Below the pieces are notes generated by a model. The model searched no databases and was not told where the DNA came from. It worked only from the letters and a program-made list of their open reading frames with translations. A stretch of 64,000 nucleotides of DNA from PVC group bacterium (GTDB lineage: Bacteria; Omnitrophota; Gorgyraeia; B26-G9), in the NCBI GenBank assembly GCA_024231215.1, contig JAAEQR010000099.1:50401-114400 (forward strand), given 5' to 3'. The translations under genes were made by a program, and so were the position numbers. Of this stretch, positions 36,410-49,309 are shown piece by piece; positions within the stretch are counted from its first letter, which is position 1; every line of letters begins with the position of its first letter.

Positions 36410-37213
36410 TTAGCTTTTCTTTTTAAAAAATCCGATCATCCCAATTCCCGCTAACATTAAAAGGCTAGTTGCCGGCTCTGGAACAACGGTTAAAGTACCT
36501 CCCGCAAAACTACCACCATCAAGTCCTGCAGAAAAACTAGTCTTTTCTGTGTAAATTCCCCAGTGGTAAGTTCCTCCCGGAAGATTTTTCCCAGCATCAG
36601 CAAAGTCAACGAAATAGGTGCTACCATCAAAATCAATATCAGCGTTCCAGGATGTATAGAGTTCCACGGTTTCCGATAAATCCAGGTATCCACTACCATC
36701 TGTAAATGTTTTGCCGTCATTCCAAAAACCAATCCAGCATCTAGAATCAGCGATTGCATCCCAGCTTATTTTAGCTTCTTCTGAATAATTATTTTCCAAG
36801 CTTGCGCTTGCAAATTCTAAACTATTACCCAAGAAATCATCAGCCTCTTCGGCTAACAAGCTGCTAGATTGATCATATATGCGAAGCCAGCCGTATGACT
36901 GAGGTGCTCCCATAACCGCGCAGGTGTAAACTCCATCTGCCGCAAAAACATCGCCATAAATACCAGAGTCAGTCAAATCATAAGTCCCCATTAAAAGTCC
37001 ACCTGAGGTATAATCTTGTCCCACAACACTTATATTTGTATATGCCGGATTAGAGACAAAAATTGCCGCTTCGCTATCTCCCAAAAGAGAAGTATAATAA
37101 CTATCAAACCTAACTGACATGTAATCTTCAGCAAACGCAGGACTACAAATCAAGGTAAACAGCGCACAAAAAACCCCTATCCAATACTTTGTCTTATTAA
37201 TTTTTTTACTCAT
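36410..37213 (-). CDS. PEP-CTERM-anchored secreted protein
   Basis: Signal peptide. C-terminal VVPEPATSLLMLAGIGMIGFFKKKS. Confidence 0.75.
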   Translation of the reverse strand: MSKKINKTKYWIGVFCALFTLICSPAFAEDYMSVRFDSYYTSLLGDSEAAIFVSNPAYTNISVVGQDYTSGGLLMGTYDLTDSGIYGDVFAADGVYTCAVMGAPQSYGWLRIYDQSSSLLAEEADDFLGNSLEFASASLENNYSEEAKISWDAIADSRCWIGFWNDGKTFTDGSGYLDLSETVELYTSWNADIDFDGSTYFVDFADAGKNLPGGTYHWGIYTEKTSFSAGLDGGSFAGGTLTVVPEPATSLLMLAGIGMIGFFKKKS

Positions 37214-37330
37214 AATTACTCCCTTCCTTCCTTTTTTTAAATTATTTAATTAAATATATATAAAAACTTTTAGATTGGCTGTAAAAGTTTACCATGAAAA
37301 CATTGGTTTTACAAGGGGGGGGCTACCGAT

Positions 37331-38608
37331 TTATCGGAGTTCAATAACCGCTATCCCATCCATATAAGATCTAAGAACTTCCGGGACAACAATGGAGCCA
37401 TCTTTTTGCTGATAATTTTCCATTATCGCAATGACTGTCCTGGCTAAGGCCACTCCAGAGCCATTAAGGGTGTGTACAAAGCTAGTCTTGCTCGTGGTTG
37501 GATCTTTGTATTTGATATTTGCTCTGCGTGCCTGAAAATCTTCAAAGTTACTACAGCTGGATACTTCCAGCCACTTTTCAATTCCCGGAGCCCAAACCTC
37601 GATATCATAACATTTTGCCGCAGCAAAGCTTATGTCTCCAGTCGACAGACATAAAACCCGATAAGGCAACTTTAAAAGCTGCAAAATTGTTTCGGCGTTA
37701 ATCAATAATGTTTCCAGTTCTTCATATGAAGTTTCTGGCTTTACAAATTTTACCATCTCCACTTTATCAAACTGATGTACTCGCATCAATCCCCGGGTAT
37801 CTTTACCATAAGAACCCGCCTCTCTTCTAAAACAAGGCGTGTATGCCGTATAAAATATCGGTAATTGGGCTTCAGGTAGAATTTCATCTCTATGTATATT
37901 AGTTACAGGCACTTCCGCAGTTGGAATCAGAAACAAATCATCTTCATTTGCCCGATACATGTCTTCTTCTAGCTTTGGTAACTGCCCCGTCCCTGTCATG
38001 CTTGCCCTGTTCACTAAAAGTGGAGGGGAAACCTCTGTATACCCATGTTTCGTGGTGTGAATTCCCAGCATAAAGTTAAATAATGCTCTTTCCAGCCTCG
38101 CACCAGCGCCTTTAAATAAAACAAAGTTAGATCCTGTTATTTTTGTCGCTCGAGGAAAATCAATAATGTCAAGATTTTCGGCAAGATCGATATGTGTTTT
38201 TGCTGAAAACTCCAATTCGCGGGGTGTGCCCCACGTTTTGACATCTGTGTTAGCGCTAGCATCTTTCCCTACAGGCACAGAATTGTGGGGTATATTTGGG
38301 ATGCTTATTAATATTTCAGCACTTTTTGCTTCGATTTCGACCACTTTTACATCAAAATCCTTTATTTTTTGGGACAGCTCCTTTAATGCGGCTCTTTTTT
38401 CCGAAATATCAACCTTTTGCTGTACTAATTTACCCATTTCATCCGCAGAAACATTCCTTTGCCGCTTTAATTCCTCCACTTCTAAAAGAAGTTCTCGTCT
38501 TTGCTTATCTAGAGACAATAGTGCTTCAATGTCAAGCGTCATATTTCTGTTTTTGATCGCTGTTTTTACAATTTCCGGGTTTTCTCGAATAAATTTTAAA
38601 TCTAGCAT
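37331..38608 (-). CDS. serS: Seryl-tRNA synthetase
   Basis: N-terminal coiled-coil arm (MLDLKFIRENPE...). Class II motif 2: FRREAGSYGKDTRGLMRVHQFDKVE. Confidence 0.9.
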   Translation of the reverse strand: MLDLKFIRENPEIVKTAIKNRNMTLDIEALLSLDKQRRELLLEVEELKRQRNVSADEMGKLVQQKVDISEKRAALKELSQKIKDFDVKVVEIEAKSAEILISIPNIPHNSVPVGKDASANTDVKTWGTPRELEFSAKTHIDLAENLDIIDFPRATKITGSNFVLFKGAGARLERALFNFMLGIHTTKHGYTEVSPPLLVNRASMTGTGQLPKLEEDMYRANEDDLFLIPTAEVPVTNIHRDEILPEAQLPIFYTAYTPCFRREAGSYGKDTRGLMRVHQFDKVEMVKFVKPETSYEELETLLINAETILQLLKLPYRVLCLSTGDISFAAAKCYDIEVWAPGIEKWLEVSSCSNFEDFQARRANIKYKDPTTSKTSFVHTLNGSGVALARTVIAIMENYQQKDGSIVVPEVLRSYMDGIAVIELR

Positions 38609-38680
38609 AATTCCTCCATTATTTATATTAGATGTATAATCAAATAATAGCGTTAAAGTTCTCTGGTGTCAATCTTTTTG

Positions 38681-40129
38681 CTAACCTTTTATAACGCCAA
38701 CGGGTTTTACTCGACAAATTTTTCTTGCAAGGCCTGAGTTATCCACAATATCCACAACATTATTAACATCTTTATAGGCTTGTGGTGCTTCTTCGGCAAT
38801 TGTATCCCGGCCTGTCGTGCGAATTACAATGCCTTTTGCTTTTAATTCATTAAAGATCTGTCTTTTATCCAAAGTTTTTATAGCCTGGGTGCGAGACTTT
38901 AGTCTTCCTGCTCCGTGACAGGTAGAACCAAACGTCTCCTCCATTGCTTTTTGCGTCCCTGCCAAAAGATAAGAATGCCGCCCCATGTCGCCTGGAATGA
39001 TCACTGGTTGTCCCATTTTTTTGTATCGATTCGGCAGTGTCGGGTTGTCTGGGCCAAACGCACGCGTTGCTCCTTTTCGATGTACACACAAGCGCATTTC
39101 TTTACCATCAACAATATGTGTTTCTATTTTTGCCATATTATGGGCCACATCATATATCAGGTTCATGCCCATTTGCTCCCAGCTTTGTCTTAAAACTTTT
39201 TCAAAAACTTCTCGTGTTTTATGCATAATTATCTGGCGATTGGCCCAGGCATAATTAGCCGCACAGTTCATGGCCCCTAAATAAGCTTTGCCTTCTTTTG
39301 AAGTTACCGGGGCGCAAGCAAGCTGTCTGTCTGGAACCTCAATCCCATATTTACACAGACAATTAAGCATTATTTTCACATGGTCTGTGCATACCTGATG
39401 CCCAAATCCTCGGGATCCGGTATGAATCATAACCATTATCTGGTCTTTTTCCAGATTAAGTAAAGATGCTATCTCTGTATCAAAAATTTTATCTATTCTC
39501 TGAATTTCCAGGAAATGGTTGCCTGAGCCCAGGGTACCAGCTTGTGTTTTACCTCGTTCGTATGCACGCGGAGAAATCTCATCTGGATTTGCTCCTTTTA
39601 TTTGACCCTTCTCTTCGGTATGCTCTAAATCCTGCTTTGTGCCAAAACCTTTTTCCACTGCCCAAGCCGCGCCTTTTTCTAAAATTCTTTTACCTTCGGC
39701 CCCTTTTAAGTTAATATTTCCACGAGACCCCACTCCGCTGGGGATATAATTGTATAAAGAATTGATCAAATCATCGATTTTAGGCCTGATTTCATCATAA
39801 AAAAGCCTTGTTTTTAGAAGCCTTACTCCGCAATTTATATCAAAACCCACCCCGCCAGGGCTAATTACTCCACTTTTGTCTATATTTGTGGCGGCCACTC
39901 CACCTATGGGAAATCCATACCCCCAATGAATGTCCGGCATAGCTAGTGAGTGTTTTACAATACCCGGGAGGAACGCAACATTTGCCACCTGCTCTACGGC
40001 CTTGTCTTTTAGTAAATCCGGCAGTAATCTTTCGTCGGAATAAATAATCCCGTCCACCAACATGCCCGGTTTGTATGTTTTGGGGATTCTGTATTTAGTT
40101 TCGTCTATTTTTTCTATTTGTACTGACAT
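38681..40129 (-). CDS. rtcB: RtcB RNA 3'-phosphate ligase
   Basis: GSGNHFLEIQ, HTGSRGFGHQV and HRKGATRAF motifs. Start assigned at the internal Met MSVQIEKIDE. Confidence 0.85.
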   Translation of the reverse strand: MSVQIEKIDETKYRIPKTYKPGMLVDGIIYSDERLLPDLLKDKAVEQVANVAFLPGIVKHSLAMPDIHWGYGFPIGGVAATNIDKSGVISPGGVGFDINCGVRLLKTRLFYDEIRPKIDDLINSLYNYIPSGVGSRGNINLKGAEGKRILEKGAAWAVEKGFGTKQDLEHTEEKGQIKGANPDEISPRAYERGKTQAGTLGSGNHFLEIQRIDKIFDTEIASLLNLEKDQIMVMIHTGSRGFGHQVCTDHVKIMLNCLCKYGIEVPDRQLACAPVTSKEGKAYLGAMNCAANYAWANRQIIMHKTREVFEKVLRQSWEQMGMNLIYDVAHNMAKIETHIVDGKEMRLCVHRKGATRAFGPDNPTLPNRYKKMGQPVIIPGDMGRHSYLLAGTQKAMEETFGSTCHGAGRLKSRTQAIKTLDKRQIFNELKAKGIVIRTTGRDTIAEEAPQAYKDVNNVVDIVDNSGLARKICRVKPVGVIKG

Positions 40130-40149
40130 TTTTCCCAAGTAATTAAACT

Positions 40150-40755
40150 TTAATCCTCCCAGGAACATTTAAATTCACAAAATGGCTTTCCATCAAGAAA
40201 ACATTTCTCTTCTTCAACTAGAGGATTTTTTAAACTAATATGCCGCCTGATAAGGCCGTGAAGATATCCTCTTAGATATGCGCAATACCCTTTGGTGGGA
40301 AATGGAACATGGCTAACGCGAATGCGGTAAAGATTTTTTTTACTTTTATCTAAAACTATATTTATGCTTCCATGCGAATGAATCGTGCGATAGATAATCG
40401 GTGCGTGTTTTAGTAAAAAAATTATATCAAAAACTTCTATGAAAATATTATAGATGCTCTTAAACCCGACTCCCCCTGATAATTTTCCGGCATTAAAACA
40501 AACATCATAATCTCCTATACCAAACATCTTCTCTATTGTTTCCAATAGGTCCATGTGCAGTTTTTCCGGAACCCAGGATGAACCTCGGATATTTTGTGGG
40601 ATAGAATACTTGCACTCTTTTTTAATTGCAGCAATAGCCCGCTCAAAGGCATCCGGACCATATGTCTTTTTTATATACCTTGAGATATCTAAGATCTGGT
40701 TACCCTTAACTTTGGGTTCTCTTTTTGCGGTATCCATGGGGCCCCTATATATCAA
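40150..40755 (-). CDS. Hypothetical protein (201 aa) between rtcB and archease
   Basis: Intact ORF co-oriented with and tightly packed between rtcB and the archease gene. No recognisable motif. Confidence 0.5.
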   Translation of the reverse strand: MIYRGPMDTAKREPKVKGNQILDISRYIKKTYGPDAFERAIAAIKKECKYSIPQNIRGSSWVPEKLHMDLLETIEKMFGIGDYDVCFNAGKLSGGVGFKSIYNIFIEVFDIIFLLKHAPIIYRTIHSHGSINIVLDKSKKNLYRIRVSHVPFPTKGYCAYLRGYLHGLIRRHISLKNPLVEEEKCFLDGKPFCEFKCSWED

Positions 40756-41179
40756 ACACCACTTCTGCTTGAAAATATTGGTCTTTAGCTTCTATTTTTA
40801 ACTTGTGACAGGTAACTGCTTTTATTTCGGTTTTTAGATTGTATTTCTTTGGCTCTAATTTGTCAAAGGAAACATCCGCCGTTATTGTTGTCTCGGTAAA
40901 TTCTTTTATTTGAATGCGGGAGGCCATTAATCTTTTGGCGTCAGATAAGCTTAAAAGTTCGCTTAACCAGCTAAACAACAGTTCTTCTAAATTGTTTGCG
41001 CGTACATTAATTGCTATAGTTGTGAGGTTGTTATAATCTTGCTGTGTGCGGATTTTTAGTTCCGCAATCAAAAAAAACATTCCCCAGGCTGCGTTCATGA
41101 ACAATTCTTCCCTGTCCCTGCCAAAGGCTTTTATCCCGATATCCGCGGTATGTTCAAAAAACTCGTACGGATTTAACAT
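40745..41179 (-). CDS. Archease (RtcB activator)
   Basis: N-terminal YEFFEHTADIGIKAFGRDREELFMNAAWGMF matches the archease signature. Confidence 0.8.
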   Translation of the reverse strand: MLNPYEFFEHTADIGIKAFGRDREELFMNAAWGMFFLIAELKIRTQQDYNNLTTIAINVRANNLEELLFSWLSELLSLSDAKRLMASRIQIKEFTETTITADVSFDKLEPKKYNLKTEIKAVTCHKLKIEAKDQYFQAEVVFDI

Positions 41180-43620
41180 TATTCTTCTGTTTCTTCATCT
41201 TTTGCAGCTAATCTTGCGACAGCCACGAGTTTATCTTTTTCTTTAGTCCTGATCAACCGGACTCCCTGAGTAGAACGCCCGGTAGAACGAATATCTTTAA
41301 TTGGACATCTCACTACCATGGCGCTAGAGGTGATTAGCATTAGTTCGTCGGTGTCAACTACGGTTTTAAACGCCACGACTTCTCCGTTAGTTTTGGTTGT
41401 TTTTATGTTGATGATCCCTTTCCCTCCCCGGCTTTGGACCCGGTATTCTTCAAATTTGGTTCTTTTGCCAACACCGCTCTCTGTAACAGTAAGAATGGTT
41501 CCTTCATGCTCTACTATTTCCATGCCAACAACATAGTCTTTCTTTGACAAGGAAATACCGCGCACCCCGGAAGCAGTTCTACCCATGTGTCTTACATCAG
41601 ACTCGGCAAACCGGATCGCTTTTCCTCCCTTGGTAGCTAAAATAATTTCCTGCTGTCCATCAGTAAGCTTGCAAGCAATCAAAGCATCTTTATCTCTTAA
41701 GGTTATCGCGCTAATACCGCCTTTTCGAGGATGGCTGTAGGCCATAAGATCTGTCTTTTTTACCTGGCCGTTTTTAGTTGCCATTGTCAGAAATTTTCCT
41801 TCTTCAAATTCCTTGACTTGGATTAATGCGCTAATTTTCTCTCCAGACTCAAACTGCAGTAAGTTCACAATCGCCTTTCCCTTGGAAAGCCGGCTTGCCT
41901 GAGGAATTTCATAAACTTTAACCCAATAGACTTTTCCTTTATCAGTAAATACCAGCAAGTAATCATGGGTTGAAGCTATGAATAAATGCTCTATAAAGTC
42001 TTCTTCCTTCATGCCGGACCCAGAAACGCCTTTTCCTCCGCGCCTCTGTTGACGATATGCGCTTACTAATTGACGCTTGATATATCCCCCGTGAGAAATC
42101 GTGATAACAACATCTTCTTGGGCAATTAAATCTTCAATTTCAAAATCTTCTACCTGCGCCAGAATCTGTGTTCTTCTTTCATCTCCGTATTTTTTCTTTA
42201 AAAGTTCCAGCTCTTCTTTGATTATCGCTAAAACTTTTTTAGGGTCTGCCAAAATAGCTTTTAGCATGTTGATTTTCTTTAAAAGTTCCAGATATTCATT
42301 TTCAATTTTTTCGCGCTCCAACGCGGTTAAGCGCTGCAGCTGCATTTCCAGAATTGCCTGCGATTGAACTTCTGAAAGTCCAAATTTTTCCATCAGGTTT
42401 ATTTTTGCTTCGGCAGTTGTTTTGGAACTTCGGATAAGTTTAATTATTTTGTCCAGATTATCCAGACAAATTTTCAAACCTTCTAAAATATGTGCTCTTT
42501 CCTGAGCTTTTCTCAGTTCAAATTTTGTCCGGCGAACAATGATTTCCTGGCGATGTTCAATATAATGATGCAACATCTGTTTAAGCGTTAACACCCGCGG
42601 ACGGGTATCAACCAGGGCCAGTAAAATAATACCAAAGGTTGTTTCTAGTTGGGTGTGTTTATATAAGAGGTTCAGAACTACTTGGGCATTCCCGTCCCGC
42701 TTCAGGTCTATGACAACTCTCATCCCGTCTTTATCGGATTCATCCCGAATATCGGAAATGCCTTCTATTTTTTTGATGTTAACTAAGCTGGCAATAGCTT
42801 CGATAACATTTGTTTTATTCACCTGATAAGGAATCTCGTTAATAATTATCGATTCTCTACCGTTTTTATGCTCTTCTATTGTTGCCTTCGCACGAACCTT
42901 AATCGGAGAACGCCCTGTTTCATAGGCTGTTTTAATCCCTTCTCTTCCGCAGATGATTCCCCCTGTGGGAAAATCCGGCCCTTTTATAAATTTCATTAAT
43001 TCTTTTAGCTTGGCTTCAGGATTGTCAATCAAATACATAATTGCATCTATTGTTTCGGTTAAGTTGTGCGGAGGGATGTTTGTTGCCATTCCAACCGCAA
43101 TTCCACTTGAACCATTTATAAGCAGCCCTGGTAATGCGGCTGGAAGTATTTTTGGTTCTTGTAATGATTCATCAAAATTGGGAGAAAAATCAACCGTGTC
43201 TTTTTCTATATCAACCAACATTTCTTTGGTTATCGAGGCCATGCGTGCTTCAGTATAACGCATTGCCGCGGCTCTATCGCCATCAACAGACCCAAAATTA
43301 CCCTGACCATCAATAAACGGATATCTCAGAGAAAAAGTCTGAACCATCCGAACCAAAGAATCATACACTGCGGTATCGCCATGCGGATGATATTTACCTA
43401 ATACTTCCCCGACAATACGCGCGCATTTTTTATAAGGTTTATTATGCTCAAGACTAAGATCTTTCATCGCATATAATATTCTGCGATGTACGGGCTTTAA
43501 TCCGTCACGAATATCCGGTAAAGCGCGACCCACGATTACGCTCATCGCATAATCAATATAAGACTTCTTCATTTCTTCTTCGATCGGAACTGTTACAATT
43601 TTTTCGTTTTCTGCGTACAT
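41179..43620 (-). CDS. gyrA: DNA gyrase subunit A
   Basis: AMSVIVGRALPDIRDGLKPVHRRILYAM. Active-site Tyr region and C-terminal beta-pinwheel repeats. Confidence 0.92.
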   Translation of the reverse strand: MYAENEKIVTVPIEEEMKKSYIDYAMSVIVGRALPDIRDGLKPVHRRILYAMKDLSLEHNKPYKKCARIVGEVLGKYHPHGDTAVYDSLVRMVQTFSLRYPFIDGQGNFGSVDGDRAAAMRYTEARMASITKEMLVDIEKDTVDFSPNFDESLQEPKILPAALPGLLINGSSGIAVGMATNIPPHNLTETIDAIMYLIDNPEAKLKELMKFIKGPDFPTGGIICGREGIKTAYETGRSPIKVRAKATIEEHKNGRESIIINEIPYQVNKTNVIEAIASLVNIKKIEGISDIRDESDKDGMRVVIDLKRDGNAQVVLNLLYKHTQLETTFGIILLALVDTRPRVLTLKQMLHHYIEHRQEIIVRRTKFELRKAQERAHILEGLKICLDNLDKIIKLIRSSKTTAEAKINLMEKFGLSEVQSQAILEMQLQRLTALEREKIENEYLELLKKINMLKAILADPKKVLAIIKEELELLKKKYGDERRTQILAQVEDFEIEDLIAQEDVVITISHGGYIKRQLVSAYRQQRRGGKGVSGSGMKEEDFIEHLFIASTHDYLLVFTDKGKVYWVKVYEIPQASRLSKGKAIVNLLQFESGEKISALIQVKEFEEGKFLTMATKNGQVKKTDLMAYSHPRKGGISAITLRDKDALIACKLTDGQQEIILATKGGKAIRFAESDVRHMGRTASGVRGISLSKKDYVVGMEIVEHEGTILTVTESGVGKRTKFEEYRVQSRGGKGIINIKTTKTNGEVVAFKTVVDTDELMLITSSAMVVRCPIKDIRSTGRSTQGVRLIRTKEKDKLVAVARLAAKDEETEE

Positions 43621-43641
43621 CTTTTTTTTGTCTCCTTTTAT

Positions 43642-46179
<2,538 letters not shown>

Positions 46180-46368
46180 CTATTTTATTAATCCGTTACA
46201 CCCTTCAGATCTTGCGACCAGGGTTTGAACCGCCCGTTGCGTATAATATTTTTTACCTTCTTTTGTGATTATTATTGTTTTTTGTTTCTTTTTTTTTGTT
46301 TTCTGAGTTAATAATGCTACAATGTCGTCTAAGGCTACTGTTTTTTTCTCATCTATATATAAAAACAC
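46180..46368 (-). CDS. Small hypothetical basic protein (62 aa)
   Basis: Short ORF between DUF721 and gyrB. No family recognised. Could be spurious. Confidence 0.25.
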   Translation of the reverse strand: MFLYIDEKKTVALDDIVALLTQKTKKKKQKTIIITKEGKKYYTQRAVQTLVARSEGCNGLIK

Positions 46369-46382
46369 TCGATCCTCTATTT

Positions 46383-46688
46383 TTAATTTTTTCTATTACC
46401 TATTTTAAACCGCAAATCGATGATCTTATCTTTTCCGGCAATGTCTTGTATTTTTTCTAATATCTGATACTTAGTAAATGTTAAATGGTGAAGCCAGGCT
46501 GAATTTGAAACATTTACTAATAATATTTTGTTTTTTATTAGTGCTGGATTGCTGTATGCTGCTGCATCTTGTGAAACTATTTCAGGCCATTTGTTTAAAA
46601 TCTTATTCTTTACCGATTCTTTCTTTGGTTTATATTCTTTTAAGAATCTATCTAGAACGTCTTTTATAAGTACTGGTTTACGCTTCAC
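46383..46688 (-). CDS. DUF721/DciA-like protein
   Basis: Pattern W.EIV....A..S.P.......LLV.V.NSAW.H.L matches DUF721. Occupies the recF position between dnaN and gyrB. Confidence 0.55.
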   Translation of the reverse strand: MKRKPVLIKDVLDRFLKEYKPKKESVKNKILNKWPEIVSQDAAAYSNPALIKNKILLVNVSNSAWLHHLTFTKYQILEKIQDIAGKDKIIDLRFKIGNRKN

Positions 46689-46717
46689 TTTGTTCGCGGA
46701 TCCCTTCGGGTTTCTTC

Positions 46718-47824
46718 TTAGTTTAATTGCATTGGTAAAACAATGTATACATATTGTCCATTAAGCTCCGGCAACTCTTCTCTAAACACTCCTGGTTTTT
46801 CCGCGTCGACGATTTCAATATCAATGTTTTCTTTTTGTAAAACTTTTAATACGTCTAATAAATATGTTGGGTTAAATCCTACTGTTAATTCGTTCCCTTT
46901 ATATTCTGTTTTGATTTCTTCCTTCACTTCCCCTATATCCGGAGTTGTTTTTGAAACTACAATTTTGTTTTTAAAAATATCTATTTTTATTGATTGTGAG
47001 TCTGGGCTGGTGAATAGGCTTGCTCTTTTTACGGCTGACATAAGGTGTTCTTTTTCTAATATTATTTTATCTTGTTTTTCTTTAGGGATTACCTGTTCAT
47101 AATTAGGAAACTCCCCTTCTATTAATCTTGAGATTATCATTGTTCCGTCTAATTCGAAAGCAACTTGGTTGTCGGAAAAAATAATCCTAACCTGACCGTC
47201 TTCTTTTAATATTTTACTTAACTCGTTGATTGTTTTTATTGGAATAATCGCTTCTTTTTTTTCTACATCTTGTTCTAATTTACTTTCCGCCATAGCCAGA
47301 CGTCTTCCATCCGTGGAAACAAGCCGCAACATTTTATTTTTAAACATAAATAATGTTCCATTTAATACATAGCGCGTCTCATCTCTAGACATTGCAAAAC
47401 TAACCTTCTTTAATAACTTTTTTAATAATATTTGCTCCAGAACAATCCCCTCTTTTGCATTAAACTTGGGAATTGACGGAAATTCTTCTTTTGGTAACCC
47501 GATTAATCTAAATGAACATGTTTCACAATCTATGATCATATTATAATTTTTTCTTACATTTACCGTAACCTCTCCTGAGGGTAATTCCTTAATGATATCC
47601 GCAAAGCGTTTTGCAGGAACAGTGATATTTCCAGCATCTACTATTTCTGCATCTGCCTTATATATGATTCCAATATCCAAATCTGTTGCGTTAAAATTAA
47701 GTTTATCTTTCTGCCCTTCAATTAGAACATTAGATAATATTGGTAATGTTGTTTTTGTAGCTACAGCACCTTCTACTGTTTGTATAGCGCTCATCAGCAC
47801 ATCTTTAGTTGATTTAAATTTCAT
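46718..47824 (-). CDS. dnaN: DNA polymerase III beta sliding clamp
   Basis: Three-domain clamp, 368 aa. N-terminus MKFKSTKDVLMSAIQTVEGAVATKTTLPILSNVLIEG. Confidence 0.9.
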   Translation of the reverse strand: MKFKSTKDVLMSAIQTVEGAVATKTTLPILSNVLIEGQKDKLNFNATDLDIGIIYKADAEIVDAGNITVPAKRFADIIKELPSGEVTVNVRKNYNMIIDCETCSFRLIGLPKEEFPSIPKFNAKEGIVLEQILLKKLLKKVSFAMSRDETRYVLNGTLFMFKNKMLRLVSTDGRRLAMAESKLEQDVEKKEAIIPIKTINELSKILKEDGQVRIIFSDNQVAFELDGTMIISRLIEGEFPNYEQVIPKEKQDKIILEKEHLMSAVKRASLFTSPDSQSIKIDIFKNKIVVSKTTPDIGEVKEEIKTEYKGNELTVGFNPTYLLDVLKVLQKENIDIEIVDAEKPGVFREELPELNGQYVYIVLPMQLN

Positions 47825-47919
47825 CTTATCCCCCTTTTATTAACAATTTGCACCTATTATTATTCTAATATATAAATTTACAAAAATAGTAGTCGTATTA
47901 GTAGTATAGCCTGTTAATA

Positions 47920-47928
47920 TGTGGATAA
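47920..47928. promoter_or_regulatory. Consensus DnaA box (TGTGGATAA) in the dnaN-dnaA spacer
   Basis: Exact 9-mer match on the reverse orientation. Confidence 0.5.
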
Positions 47929-47965
47929 CCAGGTTAATGGTTTAAAAACAATAGCGTTACCACCT

Positions 47966-49309
47966 TTATAAGTTGTTGATAATTGATGTTAATAAGCTGT
48001 TTAAATTGTTATCTTGTGTTAGTAATTTCTTAATCTTTTCGAATGCGTGTAAAACTGTTGTATGATCACGTCCACCAAAATTTTCCCCGATTTCTGCCAA
48101 GGAATGATTAGTAAGCTGTCGCGATAAATACATTGCGATTTGACGCGGGTGTGAAATCGCCTTACTTCGCCCTCCCCTTTTTATGTCGGAGACTTTCACG
48201 TCAAATTTTTCAGATATGGCCTTTTGGATTTTTTCTATGGTTATCATTTTTTTCGCAGAATCTTCTCGGATAGCATCTTTTAAAACTTCCCTGGCAATCG
48301 TGATTGAAATAGGATTGTTTGTAAGAAGAGAATATGCAACTACCCGGATAAGCGCCCCTTCTAGCTCCCGGATATTAGCGCGTATTTTCTCCGCAATGAA
48401 AAACATTACTTCGTCGGGAACTTTCACGATTTCTCGCTCTGCCTTTTTTCGTAATATTGCAATTCTGGTTTCCAAATCAGGCGCCTGGATGTCTGTAACA
48501 AGCCCCCACTCAAATCGTGATATTAAGCGTTCTTCAAGTCCGGAGATTTCTTTTGGCGGCCGGTCGCTGGAAACAACGATTTGTTTATGTGCGTCGTATA
48601 AAGTGTTGAATGTGTGGAAAAATTCTTCCTGCGTACTTTCTTTTCCTCCAATAAACTGGATATCATCAATTAATAAAATATCTACACTTCTATATTTTTC
48701 TCGAAAACGCATTGTTGTCCGCGTTTGAATTGCGGTAATCAATTGATTTGTAAAACGCTCACTTGTTGTATAAGAAAGTTTTGCGCGACTATTTTTGCTT
48801 TGCATGTGATGCCCAATCGCCTGCATCAAATGCGTTTTTCCTAAACCTACTCCTCCATAGATAAATAAGGGATTGTATGAATGTGCCGGAGACTCCGCGA
48901 CAGCGATGCTTGCCGCATGCGCAAATCGATTACTTGAACCGACAACAAAACTATCAAAGGTATATTTTGGATTTAAATACACATCTGTTTTTGGCCGTGG
49001 CGTAGCTGGCGCTATGTTAAATGTTGGAATTTTTGATTCTGGGCGCAACTCGGGCGCCGCGTCGGAAACAATAAAATCAACGCGCACTTTTTTTTGCAAT
49101 ATCTGAGAAACAATTTTGGTGATCAAAGATAAGTAATGGTCAAGAAGCCACTCTTTAAAAAACTTATTGGGAACCTCGACGACTAATCCCTGGTCAGAAA
49201 GTTCAACGGCCTTAGTAGGTTTTAACCAAGTCTCAAAGCGCTGCACGCTAATCTCCTTTTTTAGAAAAGACAAGGTTTCGGCCCAGAGCTCTGAAGGTTT
49301 TATACTCAT
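47966..49309 (-). CDS. dnaA: Chromosomal replication initiator DnaA
   Basis: AAA+ Walker A GGVGLGKTHLMQAIG. C-terminal DnaA-box-binding domain. Confidence 0.95.
   Translation of the reverse strand: MSIKPSELWAETLSFLKKEISVQRFETWLKPTKAVELSDQGLVVEVPNKFFKEWLLDHYLSLITKIVSQILQKKVRVDFIVSDAAPELRPESKIPTFNIAPATPRPKTDVYLNPKYTFDSFVVGSSNRFAHAASIAVAESPAHSYNPLFIYGGVGLGKTHLMQAIGHHMQSKNSRAKLSYTTSERFTNQLITAIQTRTTMRFREKYRSVDILLIDDIQFIGGKESTQEEFFHTFNTLYDAHKQIVVSSDRPPKEISGLEERLISRFEWGLVTDIQAPDLETRIAILRKKAEREIVKVPDEVMFFIAEKIRANIRELEGALIRVVAYSLLTNNPISITIAREVLKDAIREDSAKKMITIEKIQKAISEKFDVKVSDIKRGGRSKAISHPRQIAMYLSRQLTNHSLAEIGENFGGRDHTTVLHAFEKIKKLLTQDNNLNSLLTSIINNL

Noticed and set aside
46180-46368. DUF370/RemB-like small protein, as found between recF and gyrB in Firmicutes
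   Set aside because: The sequence lacks the characteristic DUF370 GFGN-type core. Kept only as a low-confidence hypothetical.
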